Source: Nitrospira japonica (lineage in GTDB: Bacteria; Nitrospirota; Thermodesulfovibrionia; Thermodesulfovibrionales; SM23-35). From it: DNA of 64,000 nucleotides. A model generated the notes under the pieces. It had not been told where the DNA came from. It did not search any database and was given only the letters and a program-made list of their open reading frames with translations. Below, one piece after another: positions 31,587 through 39,492 of the stretch (the first letter of the stretch is position 1; each line of letters opens with the position of its first letter). The stretch is taken from the NCBI GenBank assembly GCA_020725385.1, contig DYFC01000010.1, positions 33,785-97,784 on the forward strand, written 5' to 3'. Position numbers and translations under genes: made by a program.

Positions 31587-32804
31587 TTATGCTTTTTGCT
31601 TCTTTTTCAAATAAAAAATTGCACCTATCCCGGCAATAAGCATAAAGATAAGCATTCCCCATTCTGTCATTGTTGGTATACTTAAAGGATTATTTAAAGG
31701 GTCTTGACAGGTACCATAGTGTATTGGTGTTGGTAATTCTTCTCCCGGAGGAACAGGTGTCTGGGATGTATCAACAGTGCCTGTTTGATTTGTAGCGAAT
31801 ACTAATGCTCCACCTGCATTCCATGCACTCGTACGCAAGTCAATATTTCCGATTGCATTAAAAGTTCCGCTTCCCTGTAAACTCATTGCTCCAAATACAA
31901 CAACTTCCTGACTTGTTGCAACTGTCAATTGTCCGGTAGTTGTTATCGCTACATTATAAGGTATAAAAAAGCAAGAAAAGGCACAGATTCCTTCAAATGA
32001 AGTGCCTGGTGGAAGTTCATATGTCCCATCGTTATTATAATCTCTTAATTCTGGATCACCTGCACATGAATTATCGCAGTTTGTATCAGCTTCAAGGACA
32101 CCATCATTGTCACAGTCTCTCAGAAACGGGCCAACATTCATAGGAGTTAGCATATTATTACCTGTACTAAAAGAAGGGACTGGATTAAAGATAGCATCTC
32201 GAGCATCAATAACTGTTGCAGCATGTGAGTAATCGAAGGCAAGTCCAATAAAAATAGCAATGGTACAGAATCTGTATAACATCTGTAGTGCTTTGTTTAA
32301 ACCTGCTTTTGCAAATTCTCTTCTGGTTGTCTGATCATTCATTACTCCCTCACCTGAACCACATCCTTCACAAGGAGGATTGTCGCCAGAACATGTATCA
32401 GACCCTGTACAATTATCAGTTGCACATACATCTGAGTATGTACACCCAGTAGTAACATCAATACGGCAAAGATCAATATTACAGCTTCCGGACTTATCCA
32501 AAGTACATATATCAGTATTACAGAATGGGCTTTGTTGATTTTGAATATCAAGTTTACATTTATCAATTCCGCATGCATTCGTTATGTCAACCTGGCATGA
32601 ATCCGCAGTAGTACAATAATCTTTACCACTACAGGTATCTGAAACAGTACATAAATCAGGATTACAACCATTAACAGCATAAGCATTTGTAGAAAACATT
32701 GTTGCATTAATTTTTCTCAGAGGCGGAAGTTCGGATACAACACCAATGGCTACCATTCCCCCTGTAACTCTATACAACCATCTCAAAAATTCCCTCCTTC
32801 TCAT
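31587..32804 (-). CDS. Twin-Arg Cys/Asp-repeat protein with C-terminal IPTL-CTERM sorting signal; putative rSAM substrate
   Basis: MRRREFL...AYA leader; 17 Cys in residues 47-148; SIPTMTEWG-TM-KKKQKA C-terminus; AGGAGG RBS 3 bp after the rSAM stop region. Confidence 0.8.
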   Translation of the reverse strand: MRRREFLRWLYRVTGGMVAIGVVSELPPLRKINATMFSTNAYAVNGCNPDLCTVSDTCSGKDYCTTADSCQVDITNACGIDKCKLDIQNQQSPFCNTDICTLDKSGSCNIDLCRIDVTTGCTYSDVCATDNCTGSDTCSGDNPPCEGCGSGEGVMNDQTTRREFAKAGLNKALQMLYRFCTIAIFIGLAFDYSHAATVIDARDAIFNPVPSFSTGNNMLTPMNVGPFLRDCDNDGVLEADTNCDNSCAGDPELRDYNNDGTYELPPGTSFEGICAFSCFFIPYNVAITTTGQLTVATSQEVVVFGAMSLQGSGTFNAIGNIDLRTSAWNAGGALVFATNQTGTVDTSQTPVPPGEELPTPIHYGTCQDPLNNPLSIPTMTEWGMLIFMLIAGIGAIFYLKKKQKA

Positions 32805-32807
32805 TAA

Positions 32808-34286
32808 CTATCCTCCTTTCTTATCTGCTATGAGATAAGGTTGTGTTGTTTCTTCATAAATATCACTTAAAATATCTTTATCGCTTACATTCAATTCTGA
32901 ATTTATAGCCATCGCACATTCTACCTGATGTTTAATTATTTTGCAACTCTTCTCACATGGAATTTCTATCGAATCATTAGTCATTAAAGCATGATGCCAG
33001 CATCCTCCACCACAAAAATATCTTACCCAGCAATCCTTGCAAGGTTGACGATTGTCTACTGATAGATTAAGTATTTTCTCCTGAAGTCTTAAATCCAGAC
33101 CATTTTCAATATCACCCATCCGGTAATCTTCCATACCTACAAAACGATGACAGGGATAAAATCCACCATCTTGTGACAATGCAAAATAAGTTCTAAAAGC
33201 CCCGCAGAAATAAGGACTGCGGTCTCTTACAATCCTTGTCATTCTAATAAACCTTACTAAATTTGTATAATTAAAATATCTGTTTTGTCTAACGCTATCA
33301 ACTAAATAAAGGGCAACTGTTTCAATCTGTTTTTTTATTTCCTCAATGTCTTCATCTGTTACTGTTAATTCTCCTGCTCCGGCAACAGATGGTTCGGTAT
33401 GAACTGAACCAAACCCAAGCGAAAGAAGATGGTCTACAACAAGTGGTATATTAACTGTTCCTCTTGGGATTGTAACTCTTGCAGGAACTCTATCAGGTCT
33501 TGCAGAGATAAGACGCTTTATTCCAGAAACGACAAGATCATATGAGCCTTTACCGTTAGGTAATATTCTGTTCAAATTATGTATTTCTTTTGGTCCATCT
33601 ATTGATATTTGACAACCAATATTGTTTTTAACAACAAAATCTACTACTTCGTCATTAAGAAGGATTCCATTGGTAACAAGAGACATACTAACTTTCTTTT
33701 CCATCTCTTTTTCCTTCTCTCTAACATAAGAAACTATTTCTTTTATGAGTCTAAATTCAAGGAGAGGTTCTCCCCCAAAGAAAATCAGACTTAAATCTTT
33801 ATGCTTTCCTGAATTATTAAAAAGAAAATCAACACCCTTCTTTGCTATATCAATTGACATGCTTTTTCTTTTCGCACCATATAAATAAGGCTGTTGCTCC
33901 CATTCCTGCATTCCGTGCGAGCCATAGCAGTAACGGCATCTCATATTGCAGTCATGTGTAACCATAAGTTCAAGATGCCTTAATCCATAGCGCTTTTTTA
34001 GTGGCGGAAGATCCCGAAAATCATTATCATTATTATCAAATATAAACTTTTCTTTTTTTAAATATTTCAAAACTTCTTTTATTTCCCATTTTGGATATTT
34101 ATCCTTTAAGGCTCTTAAGGGGTCAGCTTTATTATTTTTTTCAAGAAGCTTTACTATTTCACAAACCAGGGGAGTTACTTCATAGAAAAGCATTGTTTTG
34201 ACATTGAATAGGATATTCTTACCTAAACGATTGAAAAGGTAGTGTTCAACAATCTTATATTCAGTCTGTTTATTAAAGATACCCAT
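32808..34286 (-). CDS. Radical SAM/SPASM peptide maturase (CteB/QhpD/PapB-like) with an RRE-like N-terminus
   Basis: CNMRCRYC, FFGGEPLL, TNG, SIDG; SPASM CGA...YPCHRF...CKDCWVRYFCGGGC...C; ~100-aa N-terminal extension. Confidence 0.9.
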   Translation of the reverse strand: MGIFNKQTEYKIVEHYLFNRLGKNILFNVKTMLFYEVTPLVCEIVKLLEKNNKADPLRALKDKYPKWEIKEVLKYLKKEKFIFDNNDNDFRDLPPLKKRYGLRHLELMVTHDCNMRCRYCYGSHGMQEWEQQPYLYGAKRKSMSIDIAKKGVDFLFNNSGKHKDLSLIFFGGEPLLEFRLIKEIVSYVREKEKEMEKKVSMSLVTNGILLNDEVVDFVVKNNIGCQISIDGPKEIHNLNRILPNGKGSYDLVVSGIKRLISARPDRVPARVTIPRGTVNIPLVVDHLLSLGFGSVHTEPSVAGAGELTVTDEDIEEIKKQIETVALYLVDSVRQNRYFNYTNLVRFIRMTRIVRDRSPYFCGAFRTYFALSQDGGFYPCHRFVGMEDYRMGDIENGLDLRLQEKILNLSVDNRQPCKDCWVRYFCGGGCWHHALMTNDSIEIPCEKSCKIIKHQVECAMAINSELNVSDKDILSDIYEETTQPYLIADKKGG

Positions 34287-34305
34287 ATTCTTCAGGTTGA
34301 AATAT

Positions 34306-34334
34306 AATATAGCTATTTGACCTAACAAATTCAA
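34306..34334 (-). promoter_or_regulatory. Putative sigma70 promoter of the rSAM operon
   Basis: TTGAAT-17 bp-TATATT, ending about 20 bp before ATG 34286. Confidence 0.5.
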
Positions 34335-34647
34335 TTAAATAAATCAAGCAGGGGCAATTCATGAATTGCCCCTGCACAATCCGTTTCAATACATATAATT
34401 CCATGAATATGGTTAGGCATAATTATATATTCATCCAGTTCAATATCCGGAAATTGAACTGGAATTTCTATCCAATATTGTTGGGCAATTATCCCATACT
34501 CATTTAACTTCATCCTACTATTAATCACGTCCCCAAATAAATAATCCTTATTTTTGTGCATATTGGAATGAAATACGCTCCTGATTGTGAATAATTATAA
34601 CCTTTCAGCCGTATTGATTTTCTTTTATGAATATCTGGATTATACAC
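34331..34647 (-). pseudogene. Frameshifted, truncated RAYT (Y1/HUH transposase) copy
   Basis: Homologous to 38945-39484; one A missing near 34555; ends just after the GAIHELPL palindrome. Confidence 0.85.
34348..34375. repeat. 28-bp perfect palindrome (REP-like)
   Basis: GCAGGGGCAATTCATGAATTGCCCCTGC. Confidence 0.9.
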
Positions 34648-34655
34648 TCCAATTC

Positions 34656-34826
34656 ACTATACCCCTTGCCTTCTCAAGACTGTTTTTGACCAATTCGCAC
34701 ACCGCCCAATAGACTTCATTCCTTTCATCTTCTGTCAGGCCAAAGATGTTGAATACAATATCGTCAAGGGCTTTACGGTCAGGAAGGGGTTTTGGTTTTT
34801 GTTTACGGATGGGTCAGGTTGGATTG
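34656..34826 (-). repeat. Gene 3'-end repeat, copy 1 (PKPLPDRKALDDIVFNIFGLTEDERNEVYWAVCELVKNSLEKARG)
   Basis: Manual translation; homologous to 35328, 38880 and 39493. Confidence 0.8.
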
Positions 34827-34855
34827 TTGGTGAGTGCTAGATGTATCAACATTGA

Positions 34856-35077
34856 CTATTTCAAAAAGTCTATGAATTCATCTACAGTCAGTTTAGATTG
34901 TTCAATAATGCTATACAGTGTTCCTTTTTTTAAATCCCGTGAATGAACAGGAATAGTTACTCGCAAAGAGCCTTTTTTAAAAATCTTATGACTGCCTTTT
35001 TGTCTATGCTCTACAAAACCTGCCCTTTGAAGCGCCTTTATAACATCGCTGCTTTTAAGCGCTGGCAATCTGCTCAT
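34856..35077 (-). CDS. hicA: HicA-family toxin
   Basis: RQKGSH...VTIPVH...GTLYSII. Confidence 0.92.
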   Translation of the reverse strand: MSRLPALKSSDVIKALQRAGFVEHRQKGSHKIFKKGSLRVTIPVHSRDLKKGTLYSIIEQSKLTVDEFIDFLK

Positions 35078-35297
35078 ATGGGGATTCCACTTCTACAATA
35101 AGATGGTCTTCTTCCGGAATTGGAAGGCCATCGGCTTGCAGACTCTCAAGGTAAAGCGCTATGGCCTCTTTAATATTCGCCAATGCCTCGTCATAAGTAT
35201 CACCTTCAGATATACAGCCTGGCAAAGAAGGAACCGTTGCGGTATAGCCGCCTTCTTCCTGTGGCTCAAATATAACCTTATAATATTTTTTTGCCAT
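35055..35297 (-). CDS. hicB: HicB-family antitoxin
   Basis: GGYTATVPSLPGCISEGDT..EAL.NIKEAI. Confidence 0.92.
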   Translation of the reverse strand: MAKKYYKVIFEPQEEGGYTATVPSLPGCISEGDTYDEALANIKEAIALYLESLQADGLPIPEEDHLIVEVESPYEQIASA

Positions 35298-35327
35298 ATA
35301 TCCTCCTGATTTTCAATTATACCAGAT

Positions 35328-35437
35328 TCATAAACTCTTAGCCTTATTCAATCTATTAGCGACTAATTCACACACCGACCAGTAAACCTCATTCCTCTCG
35401 GCTTCCGTCAAACCGAGGATGTCGAAGAAGATATCAT
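35328..35437 (-). repeat. Gene 3'-end repeat, copy 2 (DIFFDILGLTEAERNEVYWSVCELVANRLNKAKSL*)
   Basis: Manual translation of intergenic DNA. Confidence 0.8.
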
Positions 35438-35559
35438 AAAAAAATGCATTTGAGAGTCAAAATTGGTATTTCAGCAAGAACACTATTGTGGAAAGTAGAA
35501 AGAATTATATCGCTATTGTCAATAATTTTTTGTGATCATAGCGTAGCTTACTTAAGGTC

Positions 35560-36012
35560 TCAAGATTTGAACATTAATAATTCATCAAGCAATTCGTTAG
35601 AAACATAAAAACCCTTATCTTTAAGTTCTTGAGCCTTTTTAAAAGCGCTCTCTATAAGTCCAAGTTTTTCGGCTTTTAACAAAACACCAATACTACCACT
35701 AATAGACAATCCTAAATCTTCTGCAACCTTTCGAGCTTTTAAATCATCAATTAATGCTCTAAAATTAGTCTCATAGGCAAGGGCTATAACCTCAGATTCA
35801 CCTCTTCCTAAGTTTAAATTACGCATTAAGACATTGATTAATCTGCTTTCAACCTTTCGCACTAATAAGCAATCAATATTGATTTCGCCAAATTCTTTGA
35901 CCACAGCATCAGGCAAAATAATCTCCTTATAGATTTTACAGAGAATTTGTAAGAGATCAATTCGTTCGAAGGCTATTAAAACAGAGGCATCAACAATGAC
36001 TGCTTCAGGCAT
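35560..36012 (-). CDS. PIN-domain DUF3368-family toxin
   Basis: IVDASVLI, LGRGESEVIALA, IDDLKAR, GSIGVL. Confidence 0.88.
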   Translation of the reverse strand: MPEAVIVDASVLIAFERIDLLQILCKIYKEIILPDAVVKEFGEINIDCLLVRKVESRLINVLMRNLNLGRGESEVIALAYETNFRALIDDLKARKVAEDLGLSISGSIGVLLKAEKLGLIESAFKKAQELKDKGFYVSNELLDELLMFKS

Positions 36013-36226
36013 TCGATAGTTCTTTCTCAAGATTCAGTTTTTGAAACTTTATTGGAGCTATCCCCTTATGCAGCAATATCTCAACAAATGCCTTTTCAGA
36101 ATACCCGGCTATCTCAGATGCTTTACCAAGAGATATTAAATCTTCGTCAAGAAGCTTTATGGCAAGCAATAGTTTTAATTCTTCTTCCGGTATATTTAGC
36201 TCAGGTATAGTTAGTGATTTGCCCAT
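36005..36226 (-). CDS. UPF0175-family antitoxin
   Basis: LAIKL...ISLGKASEIAG; overlaps the PIN gene. Confidence 0.85.
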   Translation of the reverse strand: MGKSLTIPELNIPEEELKLLLAIKLLDEDLISLGKASEIAGYSEKAFVEILLHKGIAPIKFQKLNLEKELSNA

Positions 36227-36376
36227 TTATACCCTTCTTTCTTTAAAAGAATTATAACATAGCCCTTCGAAAGAAGACATCATGCAGTAACCCGTGTATC
36301 CCATCTGCGCATCTTCTCAAGCTCCTTCAATATCTTGGCCTCGGAGATGCCTTCTTTCCGGAATATAACTAAATCT

Positions 36377-37377
36377 TCACGTATTACTTTTTGGCAAAAC
36401 ATTTTTAGCAATTTCTAAAATCTTAATATTCCCTTCGCTTCCATCTTTTGACGAATCTATGTAACCAGTAGAAGTAGTGCTGAATACAGCTTTTGCAGCT
36501 TCGAGAACAACAGTATCCTTAATTTGTACATCCTTTGCAGCAGAAGAGAAAGCCTGAAGGGTTTGAATGCTTAATGCTCTATGCTGATAAACTGCCGATT
36601 GATGCATCAACGCTCTGTAGATTTTACCGCACCAAATAGTAGCGGCAGGATACCAAGAACAACTATTTTTGTTGTAATTTTCTGCCAAATTTGACCTTGG
36701 TCTAAACCTGCCTCTGTAAAATACCAAAGGAAAGTAGCTGCAACTACTGTAATAACCCCAAGAAATGCTGTGACTTTAAGCCATATTTGGGCTGTCTCTT
36801 TCAATACAGAAGCTTCTTTTTTAAAATCCTCTGTAAATACAGCAGCACCGGCTGATGCCGATGCTTCACGGGCTTTTATTATAATATCATCTATTTCCTT
36901 CCCCTTTTGATCTATCTTGGTCTTAGCTTCTTCAACCAATATCTCAGCTTCCTTTACAGATGTTGTCAGTGATTCAACGTTGCGGGCTACATCGCCTTTC
37001 TGATATGCAAGGAAAGGAATCCAAGGAGATGCAGCAGTATAAAGCGAATCTGCCCGATTTTGAATCTGGGAAATAAATTGATCTCTTTGCTGAGCCGGCG
37101 AGCCAGATTCTATTGAGAATTTATTAATGGTATCAAAAAGTCCGTTGATTTGCTGTATCTCATTTGTAATGGAACTAATGGCATTTATGGTAAGCAACTC
37201 AACTGGCAGCACTTTTAGATAATTAACTATTGAATATATACGGTCAATATCACTACGAACATCCTCAAGTGTAATAGTTCCCCACTCTGGCCTGGCAATC
37301 AGTTTTTCTTTATCAAATTGCAAAAATTGTTCAATTTGTTTTTTCAACCCATTAAGCTGCTGTGAATTTCTTGACAT
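36377..37377 (-). pseudogene. Frameshifted coiled-coil membrane protein of unknown function
   Basis: ORFs 36607-37377 and 36377-36727 join near 36645 inside a TM segment (VLGIL / AATIWCGKIYRA). Confidence 0.6.
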
Positions 37378-37409
37378 ATTTTTACCCCTCCTCGTTTATA
37401 AAACACAAA

Positions 37410-38495
37410 TTAACTCTTCTCCCATTCAAACCTCTTTTTTAGATCATTACAGTGACTATGAGGAATTTTATTGTCATGTTGGAGTCTGCCAACGACTATA
37501 CCAGCGGCGATACCGAGTTCAGAGGCGAATTTTTGTATAGCTGCCTTACTGTATCTTCCATTCCGTATGAATTGACTGTATTGTTTCGGCGGAATTAGAA
37601 AATCAGAGGCAAACCTGTCAGCCTTGTCTTCCTTGGAGTTATTAGCATCACACTCAATAAATACCTCTTTCTTTCCATGCATGAGTATATGACCTGCTTC
37701 ATGGAAGAAACTGAACCATAATTGATCGTCGCTTTTATAGCGAAGACTCAATTGAATGACAGCCTTGTTAGGATTTGTCCACCATGTCGCACCCGATGCC
37801 CTGATTCTAGGAATCTCAGGCACAAAGGCAACGGCAACACCTGCATCAGCACATAAACGAATAACTTCCTGTTGAAAGTGCTCAGGCGGTTTAACAGTAA
37901 GCTGACGGACATTTAAAAGCGCATTCTTGAACTTCGATGCATCAAAAGGCTTGCAACTGATATTCCGAGCTGTCAGTTCACCCATCCTAAGCCATGATGC
38001 AACAGCATAAGGGTCGTTTTGGAAAACTTTTGATGTTCGATAGGAAACCCGGGCGCCCATCCATCTTGTTTCCCATTGTTCAGGAGAAGCGACGCCAAAG
38101 AAATTTAAGACAGCTTGAAGCTGCTGAACCATGCCTGAATGTTTCTTAACCCAACCCATCTTGATAAGCACATTCAAAGGCATTTTCTTCAGCCAGTTTA
38201 TCTGCCGCTGCAACCTCTTTTGCTCATTTAGTCTTGCCAGTGTCTCCTGATAATTACGCTCCAGATTATTCCAGAAGCTTGCAGGAATACCGAGGACCCT
38301 TTCCAGTTGTAACGCAGTTTCCGGTGTTATAGCAGCCTTTCCCTTAATGATTTCATTAATTGTCTTCTTCGGTCTGCCTGTGCGTTCTGCAAGCTCTGCC
38401 TGAGACATTCCAATTGCTTCCATGGTTTCAAGAAGCGTTTCCCCGGGGGGCACAGCGTAATCAGGCATAAACTGATTTTTTATATTTTTACTCAT
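37410..38495 (-). CDS. higA: HigA-type HTH antitoxin fused to an ImmA/IrrE metallopeptidase domain
   Basis: PPGETL..HTH..ITPETALQLE..FWNNLE; FFHEAGH. Confidence 0.88.
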   Translation of the reverse strand: MSKNIKNQFMPDYAVPPGETLLETMEAIGMSQAELAERTGRPKKTINEIIKGKAAITPETALQLERVLGIPASFWNNLERNYQETLARLNEQKRLQRQINWLKKMPLNVLIKMGWVKKHSGMVQQLQAVLNFFGVASPEQWETRWMGARVSYRTSKVFQNDPYAVASWLRMGELTARNISCKPFDASKFKNALLNVRQLTVKPPEHFQQEVIRLCADAGVAVAFVPEIPRIRASGATWWTNPNKAVIQLSLRYKSDDQLWFSFFHEAGHILMHGKKEVFIECDANNSKEDKADRFASDFLIPPKQYSQFIRNGRYSKAAIQKFASELGIAAGIVVGRLQHDNKIPHSHCNDLKKRFEWEKS

Positions 38496-38826
38496 GTGTG
38501 TCCTCCACACCAATAATTTTAATTATCGTCACTTTAGTCCAATCAAGCCCTCCATCCAGCTTTTTGGGTATCGGGTTGTTTGCGGGCTCAAAAATAAGTC
38601 GATAAGGATAGTCAAGATCTACAGACAGTTGTCCTTTTCTATTTCCTTTCAATTCATGGCATCGAGCCTTGGGAAGATTGCGCAACTCTTCAAGCGCATT
38701 AGCAGCAGCAAATTCGACTAACCTTCTTTTTAAAAGCTTAGCTCTTTTAGTGCCGAATCTTTTAATCATAAGATTCTCATTGTTGCACTTTTTCTCAAGT
38801 TTGGTTGTCTTAAATAGAATAACCAC
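38488..38826 (-). CDS. higB: HigB/RelE-family toxin
   Basis: RCHELKGNRKGQLSVDL..PYRLIF; upstream of higA. Confidence 0.85.
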   Translation of the reverse strand: MVILFKTTKLEKKCNNENLMIKRFGTKRAKLLKRRLVEFAAANALEELRNLPKARCHELKGNRKGQLSVDLDYPYRLIFEPANNPIPKKLDGGLDWTKVTIIKIIGVEDTHE

Positions 38827-38844
38827 AGATTAACTTTTTGTCAA
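38816..38844 (-). promoter_or_regulatory. Sigma70-like promoter overlapping the higB start codon
   Basis: TTGACA-17 bp-TATTCT, with the GTG start inside the spacer; imperfect palindrome ATTAACCCTTAGGGTAAAT at 38852-38870. Confidence 0.55.
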
Positions 38845-38879
38845 GATAATTATTAACCCTTAGGGTAAATGATTTTTCT

Positions 38880-38945
38880 TTACACACTCTTTATCTCCTC
38901 AAGACCGTTCTTGACTAATTCACATACTGCCCAGTAAACTTCATT
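38880..38945 (-). repeat. Gene 3'-end repeat, copy 3 (NEVYWAVCELVKNGLEEIKSV*)
   Basis: Starts at the RAYT stop codon. Confidence 0.8.
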
Positions 38946-39484
38946 TAACTTTTATGAAGACCATAATATTCGTCCAATTCCCATTTCAAAGGATTGGTAA
39001 GAATATATTTCCTGATCGTGTTTAATTCTTGTTCATTTCGTATAATGTGTTCATAATAATTACGTTGCCAGACAGGATTGCTGCGTGTATTACGTATTTG
39101 GTTGATTTGTTTTGCGGATTGCATTTTAAACCACCCAATAATTTTTGGTAACAACATCTTTCTACGTTGTCTTTTATATTCATGTAGGGGCAATTCATGA
39201 ATTGCCCCTACAAAATTCGTTTCAATACATATAATTCCATGAACGTGGTTTGGCATCACAATAAATTCATCAATGGCCGTATTCGGAAAATGTCGTGGTA
39301 TTTTGTTCCAATATTGTTGTACAACGGTCCCCATAATATTTAATTGCATCTCCCCGTTGGTTATATCTCCAAACAAACATTCCCTGTCCTTTGTGCATAT
39401 CGTCACAAAATACGCCCCTGCCTGTGAATAATCATAACCTTTCAGGCGGATTGATCTTCTTTTATGAATGTCTGGATTATACAC
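38945..39484 (-). mobile_element. REP-associated tyrosine transposase (RAYT, Y1/HUH)
   Basis: RRSIRLKGYDYS..GAYFVTICT, MPNHVHG, WQRNYYEHIIR, YI..NP. Confidence 0.9.
39183..39212. repeat. 30-bp perfect GTAG-type palindrome inside the RAYT gene
   Basis: TGTAGGGGCAATTCATGAATTGCCCCTACA, encoding VGAIHELPL. Confidence 0.9.
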
Positions 39485-39492
39485 TCCACCTT

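Noticed and set aside
32342-32578. Alternative-frame 78-aa ORF inside the Cys-rich gene as a separate precursor peptide
   Set aside because: It has no Cys or leader; it is a frame shadow of the Cys/Asp repeats.
32349-32666. Cys-rich region as a multiheme or ferredoxin domain
   Set aside because: No CxxCH and no CxxCxxCxxxC spacing.
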